From: Chiloscyllium plagiosum | Taxonomy: Eukaryota | Reading direction: 5' to 3' | DNA: 60,796 nucleotides | Assembly (NCBI RefSeq): GCF_004010195.1 | Contig: NC_057750.1 | Location: forward strand, 5,730,644 to 5,791,439 | Shown here: positions 35,201-47,200 of the stretch, piece after piece | Numbering within the stretch: position 1 is the stretch's first letter | Layout of the letters: the number at the start of each line of letters is the position of its first letter | Notes under the pieces: generated by a model | The model's database searches: none | What the model was told of the DNA's origin: nothing | What the model saw: only the letters and a program-made list of their open reading frames with translations | Translations under genes and position numbers: made by a program

Positions 35201-38200
35201 ACTTGCAATTATGCAGCACCTTCCACAAGATCCAAAGCACTTCACAATGAACTATGATTTGAAGGGTGATCTCTGCTGGAAATGCAGCAGCCAATTTGCC
35301 TACAAGCTCCCACAAACAACAGTGTGACAGATTCCAGATCAATTGTTTTAGTGATGTTGAAGGATAAGAACATTAGGGACAATTCCCCCGATCTTGTGCC
35401 AGGGGATCTTCCTTTCTTCACCCACCACAAGGCGGCAGATTATGCTTTAGTTTAATGCCTCATCTGAAAAAGGCACCTCTGACAGCACAGTGTCCTCTCA
35501 GCACTGACTGGAATGTTGACCTGGATCAGAGGCAACTTGTCAATGACACAACCGTGCAGTAAGGCAGACATTTCAGTACAGTACTGAGAGGAGACGTTTA
35601 TCTGAGGCCTGTTACAGGTAAATATAAAAGATGCTCTCATGCTTTTCTTGGGAGAGGTGAAGTGCCCTGGTTAATGAGTCTCACATACAAACACTATTTA
35701 TTTTTCTCTTTAAAGTGTGCCTAAATTGCCCCGTCATGTTTGTCCTGCACAAAAACAGACTGCACTTCCAAAACAATAGTTTGCTTAGTGCTGTGCTGGC
35801 ATTTGGTTATATAAACTAGGTGTGCTTTTCAGAGCGACACAATTTCTTTCTGGGGGGTTTAAAATGGCCACAATAACTCTAACTAGATCCTTGGACTGTG
35901 TGTAAATGTACATGGGATCACAAAGGACAGTGTTAGAATGTGCATCAGCTCCCTACGAGTCTGATCTTATTCATTCAGCATTTCACTTCCATAGAATAGC
36001 TCGGGAAAGTATTTTTTTAAAAAAACAGCTACTTTTAGTAACTCAGACTCAACATGATCAAAGTGAACGTGGAAAACTCCTGGCTTCCCAGTCATATAAA
36101 CCTTTGTCATGCCTATTGCTGAACTCTACAGCTTTCCTAACACATTGGTCTGAAGGATCGTGCACCATTCTGCTCCTTACTGAAAACGTTCAAACCTCCG
36201 TTGGAAAACTTTGAATACTGAACTGCCTTACCCCAAACACCTTGTGAATTTTTACTGCCTACCCTGAGGCGTTTAACCTTTTTGTGGGGTGCAGTTCAAC
36301 AAGCATCAGTTTGCACTTTGCACAAGGCAGACAGAAGGGACTGTTGCACGGTGAAAGATGAACACTCACTGGATGGTTGCAGTACCTAGGCAAGCCAAAG
36401 AGAGCCACTCTACAGCCAGAAGACCTGGCTTTACTTCCTCCTGGTCGCTGCACAATGTCTGGAAATGCTGCCCTAGGCAAGGTCGCCACTGACTGCTTAG
36501 GGAACACAGGGGGCTTTCAGATCTGTACGACTCAGAAAAATGCCTAACTTAGGACGATTTATTGGAATAGTTGTCGTGGTGATTCAAAAAGATTTAAAAT
36601 AAGTTGCCTTATGACACTGTACAACCAATTAGCTAACACTGGCAAACCACCTCTACTGTTGCATGTTCAGCTGACAGAATTGAAATACTCTTCAGAAACT
36701 CACTTGAGTGCCCCTAGTGGCTAGGAGCTGCAAGTACAACTGTGACAGTTGACATAGCAAAATTCAATGGAAAATATGATACGTCATTAGAAAAGCTAAC
36801 CAGCAATTATAACAAGGTGGAAGCATTAAGCCAGAAAAATATAGATAGTAGACGACCTGTAACAAATTCTAAAATATCTCAGCAGTAACTTTAGAGCATT
36901 CACAGAATCACGGGAGAGAGGAAGGTTAGGAGACGAGCCTTATTGGTTCTTCGGCAGTACTTTGCCATTGAATTTTAGCACAATTTGGGGGAGACAGAAA
37001 GGGAACATAGTAGGAACTCATCACACAATTCTGTGTGTGAGCCAAACTGATATGCACTCTGCTTTGTGTTACCAGTCACTTGGCCTCAAGGACAATTTCA
37101 GGTTAGAAAGAAAAACTACTAAAAGTTGCTGAAAGACTACTTGAGGCTGCATAAGTGTTTCTGTGAGGTTTTCAGAGGGGCTGTGTTAACGGAGGTGAGC
37201 TAAAATTCTTACTGACTTTGGCAGCTCCGGACTCTTTACCCACAGGAGTGTCAGACCTGGAATGAGAAAGAGAGAAAGCATAGTTCAGAGGACTACACGA
37301 CACAATTTAACCAGCATCTGGGTTCACGACCTGATGGGAAACAACAATACAAACTAGCAGATCCTAAATTTAACTGCTGATCTGTATTACCGCTGATGTA
37401 TTGCCTTCATCAGGTGCGAGATGCAAAACTGAACATAATCAACAACAAACTTGGTTTAAGAGTAGAAACTGCTGGAAAAACTCAGCCACATCTGTGGAGA
37501 TAAATCAGAGTTAATGTTTCAGGGTTGAGTGACCCTTCCTCAGGACTGATTCATATTATGGGCCAATGGGCTGAGAAGTACCAGATGGATAAATGCGAGG
37601 TGCTGCATTTTGGGAAAGCAAATCTTAGCAGGACGTATACACTTAACGGTAAGGTCCTAGGGAGTGTTGCTGAACAAAGAGACCTTGGAGTGCAGACTCA
37701 TAGCTCCTTGAAAGTGGAGTCGCAAATTGGTAGGTGAAGGTGGCGTTTGGTATGTATATTGCCCTTTATTGGTCAGAGTATTGAGTACATGCAATTCTGG
37801 TCTCCTTCCTATCGGAAGGATGTTGTGAAACTTGAAAGGGTTCAAAGATTTACAAGGATGTTGCCAGGGTTGGAGAGTTTGAGCTATAGTGAGAGGCTGA
37901 ACAGGCTGGAGCTGTTTTCCCTGGATCATCAGAGGCTGAGGGGTGACCTTATAGAGGTTTATAAAATCATGAGGGGCATGGATAGGATAAATAGACAAAG
38001 TCTCTTCCCTGGGGTGGGGGGAGTCCAAAACTAGAAGGCATAGGTTTAGGGTGAGAGTGGAAAGATATAAAAGAGACCTAAGGGGCAACTTTTTCCACAC
38101 AGAGGGCGGTGCGTGTATGGAATGAACCGCCACAGGAAGTGGTGGAGGTTGGTACAATTGCAACATTTAAAAAGCATCTGGATAGGTATATGAATAAGAA

Positions 38201-41200
38201 GAGTTTGGAGGGATATGAGCCAGGTGTTGACAGATGGGACTAGATTGGGTTAGGATATCTGGTTGGCATGAACGAGTTGGACTGTGCTGTATAACTGTAT
38301 GACTCCATAACTCTGTCTCCCTATTGACTTGTAACAGAAATTGGTTGAAAATCTCAGCAGGTCTGGCAGCATCTGTGTAGAGAAAAAAATAAGTGTTAAT
38401 GTTTTGGGGTCTAGTCACTCTGATTTCTCTCCAGAGATGCTGCCAGACCTGCTGAACTTTCAGCAATTCCTGTTTTTGTTTCTGATGTTCAGTATCTGCA
38501 GTTCTTTTGTTTTGATTTAAGGGCAGTGGGGCCATTCAGCTCCTCCCCGCTTCACCTGCTGATTGTTTAAAAGACCCATCCGGTTTCTAATGTCCTTGAG
38601 GGAAAGAAATCTGCAGTACTTACAGTCGGAACTACATCCAACTCCAGATTCAAAATAACGTGGTTCACTCAAACAGCCTGACAAGCCTCTCACTTCAAAG
38701 GCAATTAGGGATGGACAACAAACAGTGATGCTGCCAGTGACTGCCATATCTCATGAAAGAATAAACTGACAGCCTAAACGTGAAAAATGTGAGTGATATA
38801 TGATCCAAAGTCATGCTTACTTTTTCAGTTTCTCGCCCATGGCGGGTGTAGCAGCCACTTTGCCCAGGGTCTCTTTGACGGGGGACAACGATTTGCTCTG
38901 ACTCTGGGAGCCACTCATACTGTCGCTGCTGCTCTGACTGCTGCTGTTCCGACGTCGGCTTGAGCTGTAGCTTGTCCTGCTGCTCCGGCGATAGCGGTCA
39001 TCTGAACGCGAATGACTCCTTGACCTTAAATAAGAAGGAAAGATCCAACAACAGTGTGAAGCAGGGCAAGGTGCACACTGTCAATGTGCATCCAAGCTAG
39101 TCAGTTAGACTGGAACCAAGATAATCTCTATCCCGAGAGGAAGCTATCAACTACTCAGTTTTGCAGTTCTTTCTACACACCATTCCCATCTATTCCCCAT
39201 CTGGATGCTTTTAATTATCAGAAGATAATGTGGCCAAACTGCAGTGTCGCTACCTCTGAGCTAGGAGCCTGCATTCAAATCCTACCTGCTCCAAGGTGTG
39301 TAATAACATTGCTGAACAGGTTGATTAGAAAATACAAGAAAGACTATACATCTCTAAACTGGTTGATTATAAAGTATCTCAGCCTATTCAGAGGTTATTG
39401 TGGCACAGTGGTAATGTGCCTCTGTCAGAGCCAGGAGACTCAGGTTCAAGTCTCTCAGTGGTGTGCATTGGCATCTCTGAACAGGTTGATTGCAAATATC
39501 TGAAAGCTGGTAGCTGGAAGTGATAACGTATAGTTTTTGCATATTTCAAACTGAATACTAGATGGCACGTTCTTTGGGGGTTCCAGAATGCCAAGTTCAA
39601 GCCCTATCCATTCCTGAGGTGTGCAATGATATCCTTGAGCAGGTTTAATAGAAAATATGTACATTGTATTCAACCTGTTCAAAAATATTATGATACACCT
39701 CCTAAACAGGAGCGATTTGAACCCAGGCATTCTGAGCTAGAGGGAGGGACACTACCAGTGCATCCAAAGAGTCTCCTGCTTCCCATTTATATCTAGCCAG
39801 TCAATTAATCAATCAACTCCAATCTATATTAAGATATTCCTAAGCATTCCCTAGCTCCCTTGTAACTTCCTGCCCTCCTCTCCTGAAGGTACTGACTTGC
39901 TGGGTACTGTTAGCATCACTGGAGCTGGATATAAGTATTACGTGAATTCATGGCTCAGACATCGGCCATTCAGCCTTTATGATCAATGTCTGCATTACAG
40001 CACTGCATAACCCTCTTTATTTCACGGTCAGCATACCCTTCTAACTAGTCTTTTCTCATTTACCTAACTTCCCTCTCATTATCCGATTGAACACCATGTG
40101 TCTGTGCGATACTTGACCATCTACAGTATCAGAGACATGCCTCTTACTCTGTATGTAAACATATCACCAGTTCTCCAGAAGACCCAAATAATTTTCATTT
40201 CCTGGCACAGTGTCGACTCCTTGCTTTAACCCTGTAACTCGCTCCTAACAACGTTTCTTCGAGTCTCGCTCCACTGCATCACCCCATCGATGGTGGATGA
40301 CTGGGTTCACATTCAAATTCACTTTCTAAAACTATTCTATTGTCTATTTTCCCTTCGGATCTACATTAAAATCCACATCTACAGCCAAAACTCTGGTTTC
40401 GCTTCTAGCCACTGCAGGTACTATGGGTTGGCTTGCCTCCATTAGCTGTAAGAATCCTGCTCTCTCTTCGTTCCTTCGACCTTCTGGACAAGTCACACTG
40501 GATTTGAAACGTTAGCTCTTTCCTTCTCCACAGATGTTGTCAGACCTGTTCAATTTCTCCAGCATTTTGTGTTTACTATTTTCCTATCTATCTTTATGTC
40601 ATCCACAAATAGCTAACATGCATTTGATCCCTTCACCCAAGTCACTGAAATAGTCTGTGAACAGCTTTGGTCCCAACACTGATCCCTGCAGCACTCCATT
40701 ACTTCCAGCCTGCAGATCTGAAAATGTCTACTGTTTCCCATTAGTTAACAATCCTGTATCCACGATAAAACATTACCTTGAAGGCCACAAGCTGTTATTT
40801 TGTTCAGTAAAATTTTATTGCAGTAATCTGTCAAATTCTTCTGGAAATCTAAACATTGCTCCACATGATCCATGCCATCTCTTGCTTCCTCAAAAGAACC
40901 TCAATACATTAGTCAAACATGATTTCTCTTACATTAAACCATGCTAACGCTGTTTGATGACATTGACATTTAGTAAGAATCCGGTCATTACATTATTAGA
41001 TTCCAGCATATTCCCTATGACAGATGTTAAGCCAACTGGAGCTGTAGTTTCCATTTTTCTGGAACAGAAGAGTCTCTTTTGCTATTTTCAAACCTGAAGG
41101 TTATGGGTTTGGAAAATAAGGATAATCTTGTAGATGGCGCACACTGCTGCTACTGTGCGCCAGTGGTGGAGGGAGTGGATGTTGACAGTGATGGATGGGG

Positions 41201-44200
41201 AGCCAATCCAGCAAATTCTTTGTCCTGGATGTTGTTGAGGTTTTAGTGTTGTTGGAGCAGTGCTCATCCAGGCAAGTGGGGAGTGTTTTATCACAATCTT
41301 GACTTATTCCTTGTAGGTGCTGGAGAGGCTCTGAGGAATCAGGTACAGAGGAACCTCGGTTATCCGAACGAGATGGGCAGACACTATTTTGTTTGGAAAA
41401 CTGCTTATTTGGTTAATTGATTCAATGCCTCTCCTTTGGGACTCTGAGTTTTCTGAAGTTTCCTTTCTCCTCACTCTCCCTGCCTTGTTCCCTCTGTCCG
41501 TCTCAGGGTTTGTTTCTGAGCAGACACACACCTGTGTGTGTGTGTGTGTATAAAGGACCTGCAGCATTGCTAAAGCCTCTCTCCCTCGCGCCCTCCATCT
41601 GCGTCCCAACCCATCCAAACCTGCCCCCCTGTTCGCCCCCATGTCCGCCCAACACTGTCCCATAGCGGCTCCCCCCCCACCTGCACCCAACCCCATCCGC
41701 CCCCTATCCTGTCCAAACCCGCCCCCTGTCCGCTCCCCCCTACCCCCCCACCACCCTCTTACCCAGCTGCCCTGCCCCCCTGTGCACCCCCATCCACCAT
41801 CTCCATCCACCCCCCCTCCTTGCTTCTCCCCGGCACTCATCCTCACACAGCTGGCTGGACATCAACAGTAAGACTGCTGGTGCCTTTGGGAAGGGGAGGG
41901 GGAGAAAGAGTCTCAAAATAGCATGCGCACACAATATTTTAACTGCAACTTTTTGACAAGTTCCACTGTTGCCCTGTAGAGGACAATGTTGTAGACATTA
42001 TCTGTGTGTGTGTGGGGAGATTAGGCTAACTTCAGTGATAACTTCAGAGAAAGTGTGGGGGGGGGGGCGGGGAGAGAAAGAGAGAGAGAGGGTGGGAGGT
42101 CAGTCATTTGGAGATGGTGCCTGGGCTCCCATTAATATCCAGGACTGTTCTCAGCAGCATTTCAGTAAGCCAGGATCATTTTTAATCAGTGTAAACAAAA
42201 CTGTTTGATGTAATGTTTCTATCGGGACCTTGAGATCTGCGGATAATCTGAAATTCAGCTAATCCGAAATTTGGATAATCGAGGTTCCTCTGTACTCACT
42301 TAAAAATTCCCAGCCTCAGATGTGTCTTGTAGCCCCTGTATTTATATGGCTAGTCAAGTTCAGTTTCTGGACGATGGTAACCCCCAGGATGTTGATAGTG
42401 GAAGACTGAGCCACATTAATGCCACTGAATGTCAAAGGGAGAAGGTTAGATTCCCTCACGTTGGAACTGTAACTGCCTGGCACTTGTGTTGTTTTAAAGT
42501 GCCTTTAATGTAATTAAAAATGCTCCATGGGATTTTACTTTGCATTAGAAAACAAAAAAAAGGGCCTCATAAAGGCAATATTTGGACCACCTCATTAAAA
42601 AGGTAGGTTTTTAAGGAGGACGGTCTTAAGTGAGAAAAGCGAGGTGGGAAGACTGAAAGGTTCAAGGAAGGATATTGCAGAGTTTCAGGGGCACATAATC
42701 TGAAGGTGTGGCCGCCAATGATGGAATGATTAAAATCAGGATGCTGGTGATGTAACAATTAGAGGAACACAGATCTTAAGAGCGTTGTGGGGCTGGAGGA
42801 GGGTATACAGATTAAAGGAGGGAAGGATGCACTGGATTTGAAAAAGGGACGGGAATTTTAAAAACTGCTGGGTAAGGATGTTTCTCTTTAAATTCCCTAT
42901 TGAATTTACAAATGGGTGCCTCGTATTAATGGTCCCCGATTATGAATGTCGCTGTAAGTTAAGGCAGTGTTTGGTACACTTGCATTTATTGGTCGGTGCA
43001 CTGAGTACAGGAGTTGTGGCTGTACAGGGACATTGATTAGGCCACTTTTGGAATACAGCATTCAATTCTAGCCTCTCTGCTTAGGCAAGATGTTGTTAAA
43101 CTTGAAAGGATTCAGAAAAGATTTACAAGGATATATAGGGAGAGGTTGAACCAGGCAGCGGCTATTCTCCCTGGAGCATCGGAGGATGAGGGGTGACCTT
43201 ATAGAAGTTTACAAAATCATGAGGGGCACGGATAGGGTGAATAACCCTCCGTCTTTTTCACAGGGTAGGGGAGTCCAGAACTAGAGGGCATAGGTTTAAG
43301 TTGAGAGGGGATAATTTAAAAGGGACCCGAGGGATAACGATTTCATGCAGAGGACGGCGCATGTATGGAACAAGCTGCCAGAGGTGGTGGAGGCTGGTAC
43401 AATTGCAACATTTATGAGGCATTTGGATGGATATATGAATAGGAAGGGTTAGAGGGTTATGGGGTAAATGCAGACAAATGGGACTAGATTAATTTAGGAT
43501 ATCTGGTTGGCATGGACGAGTTGGACTGAAGGGTTTGTTTCTATGCTATGTGACTCTATGACTGCAGTTCTATATCTGGGTGGTACAGATGAGTTGGACT
43601 GAAGGATCTGTTTCCATGCCGTATAACATCTTTGCCACATTTTCACCATGGAACGGTTTAGTGTTTTTTTTTTAAAAGATCCCCGCTCAACCTTTGCCAA
43701 GTTTACAATAGATTGCTGCTGTGTTAACCACCACAACGAACCGGCAGCATACCTGGACCGCCTGCCGCGGCTGCGGGAGCTGACATATCGCATCCTGTCG
43801 GCCGAGCGAGACCGCGAGCGCGAGCAGCGGCGCCCATCTCGGGAACACACCCTGCCATACCGCCCGTGGGACCCAGAGTAGTGCCTGTTGCGCGAGCGGG
43901 AGCGCGAGTAGCGGCTTGACCGCCGGTGTCCACGGGAACGGTAGTTGCGAGATCCTGACCGAGACCTGGAGGACCTGGAAGAGGAAGAGGAACGACGCCT
44001 GTGGAAGTAAACAAAAAGAGAAAGCAGAGAGGGGGGAGAAAATGAAAATCAACGGAATATACTCTATTACAGAACGCAAGCACCGAGACCAAACATGCCG
44101 CAACTTACTCATACTCAAACCCTCATGATTGTTGAGTCACAAATGCAAAAATGAGTGTGGCAGAGGTGAAATTCAAGGGTGCCTTACCCTGGGCTTGAAA

Positions 44201-47200
44201 CTGCACTAACATAAAAAAAAATACAACTAAAGTTAGAAAACTATTATAAAGACAGAAAATGTTGGAAATACTCAGGCCTGACAGATCCCTGAAGTGAGGG
44301 AGATTAAAACAAAATTCATATTTCAAGTTGATGACCTATCATAACCAAGAAATTGAGCAATTTAAGCAATAAGTGAGCGGGAAAAATGACAAAATGGAAT
44401 TCCTATGATAGAGATGTGATATCTGACTTGCATCCTAACAGCTTCCAGTTCCAATGATAGGTTACTGACCTGAGGCGTTAACTCTTTGGTCACTGCGTCT
44501 CCATAGACATGACCTGACCTGCTGAGTATTTCCAGCATTTTCTGTCTCGATTTCTCAATTTAAGGGTCAGCTTGGTTTAAGTAGCTCCGCTGAGCTAAGG
44601 AATTTTTGCCTCGTCCTGGGAAATCAGCACACAATCTAGGTAGACACACCATTGCAGTGTCAAATCGACTGTTATACTGAATGAGGGGGAAAGTTAAAAT
44701 TGGGCTGTGATGGGGCAGAAGGATGTCAAAGAAATCTACCACTGCCAGAAAAGGACTATCAGGTTGTACAACACAATTGTTCTTTGGGATCTCACTGTGT
44801 GCAAAATAGCCCTCATTTGCCTGCACGACAATCACAGCACCTCAAATTAACCGCTGAGAAAAGTTGAGGTGCTTTGCAAGATGAGCGGCTTAACATGGCC
44901 AAGTCTTACTTTGTTAAAACAGCCACAGCCTCTCATTAATCCCTATCCAGAAAACCTTACTTCAAATAGAAGCACTGATATCATCAAAATTACTCTGGTA
45001 TGGCTTGCCATCATGTCCACTTGCAGTTATATAGTGTCCTTAACATGGAAGGACACTCATGATGCTTAATGCCATCAATATGCAGCGTAAGTATCCATTT
45101 GCTATGTAGGAAGAAATGCAGTCCAAGCTCTGGTGAGTATTCTCCCTATCAATAGCATATACCACATAGGCAATAACATGGCTTAACACTGTGACAAAAT
45201 ATTGTATCCAGCCAAGTGCCATGACGGTTCCTGTCCTCAATATTTAAAAATAAAAGCTTTTTGTGACTCCATATCAAATACTGAGTCTATCTTTCTGTAT
45301 TTCATCTCTTCCTGCTCTCTTGCCCATTGCGCTTTACCCAAAGAATTAAATAACTTCGGCAGTTAGCCCTCACCAAAAACGGTCACCACTGCACCTCTCC
45401 CCCTTGAAATATCCCACCATTGAGCCAGTGCAAAGATGTGCACACTGGATGCCCAGAGTGTTCAGGGATGTGCAGGCTAGGTGGATTAGCCATGGGAAAT
45501 GCAGGCTTATGGGGATAAGGTAGAGGTTAGATCTGGATGGGATGCTCTTTGGAGGGTCAGCGCAGACTCGATGGCCTGCTTCCACACTGTAGGGATTCAA
45601 TGATTCTTTCACCTCTTGCTCCCTACCCAACCTTCACTTCCTCAGGACATAAGGAAACCACTTTCACCAAAGTAACCCAACTGAAATTCTTTTCAATCTG
45701 GTTTGATTCAGCAGCAAATGAGCAGCTCGGCATGTTATTCCTCGCCTGTCTCCACAACACCATCCAATCCTGGTCTCTGTGGTTCACTTCATGTAAGTAA
45801 TACAGCTCCAGTAAACTTGTTCCATATACCTACTTCTGCAGTCTCTGCTAACAGATGCTGTTCCTCATTAAAGCTTCTAGCGTTACCTCCAATGTAACAA
45901 TCCTACATTCTACAGTTTGTGCTGCCCACCCAGGGCATTAAACCATCTGCAGGAGGAGGTGCGGTTCAGCCCCTCAAGCTTGTTTATAGTTGATCTGACC
46001 ATGTTCTCAACTCCACTTTCCTGCCTCCCTCCCACCACCCTTACTCACTTGACCAACAAGTCTTGGCCTCAGCCGTGAGTACGTTTGATGACCTTTCCTC
46101 CATGCTCTGAGTGCAGAGGCCTTCACAGAACAATAACCCACAGAAAATAATTTCCCTAATCTCCCTCTTCAGACTCATTCTCAAACTGTACTCCCCTAGT
46201 TCTTGGTTCTGTGAAGAGGGGAAACATCACTCCCAGCATCTACCCTTGTTCAGACCCCTCAGGATCTTACATCTTCTTTCAGTCAACTAAACTCTAATGA
46301 GTACTGGCCCAAAACTGCTCAACTTTTCCTCATAAGAAAACCCCTTCATCCCATGAATCTGTCTGACACTGAACAATAAATTACTTCCTTCAGCTTAACA
46401 CCAGCAAGACTGAACCTATGCTGTTAGAAGCTTGACCTCAGGCACTGCACTCCCCCACCAGGATTCATCGCAACACTGGAAAACGCAAGGACTCTGCTAA
46501 AGGCTTCAAGCTCAAATCTTACTTGTCTTCAAAGTAAAAACTTCACCAGAACTACAAACTAACAACCTACCTTTTCCAGACACATGCTGCAGTTTCCTCG
46601 GTGCCCATTATTGCCCTTTATAAATTAATGTTCCCTTTTTAAGTTTCTTTCCTTGTGTGTCAGGCCTGATGAATGCAAGATAAAAAGCTCTGACTTGCTG
46701 TCTCTTGGTAGCCACACTGCTCTTTTTAGAAAACCCCTTGCATTGTTAATCTCACATCTTTTATTCTGATTCGGTGTCAGAGTATTATACAACATTTTAA
46801 AAGTGAAGGAATAACAGCTGCTGGACGCTGAACTGAAACTTGAATTATTCCAGTGAATTGACCTGAGCAAAGACCCTCACAGTTCAGAACACAAGATCTT
46901 TTAGGACAGGGATTCCCAAGCTCTGTGCCAAGCACCCCACTGGGGTCAGAGTCACAGAGATGTACAGCACGGAAACAGACCCTTCGGTCCAACTCATCCA
47001 TGCCAAGCAGATCATGAGAACAGACCTTGGGCTTGTGGATTCCCAAGCACCAATGGCTGCTATGAAGCTCAGACAGATTTCTGACAGCTTTACATTCTTG
47101 TATATAGCTATTTTATTACTAGATATGGCGAAAGGACTGCTGTCCAAAGCCCAGCTGCTGCTATTGCTACTTCTTAAAAACCTCGTGGATAGGGAGAACT

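Noticed and set aside
37400..37416. CUGAUGA on the - strand (cctgatgaaggcaa)
   Set aside because: No stem II or GAAA follows, so it is not a hammerhead
41304..41934. Gly-rich and Pro-rich ORFs
   Set aside because: Translations of the C-run tract inside a non-autonomous DNA transposon
43494..44128. Several overlapping ORFs on both strands
   Set aside because: A by-product of the GC-rich, low-complexity RS exon lacking stop codons
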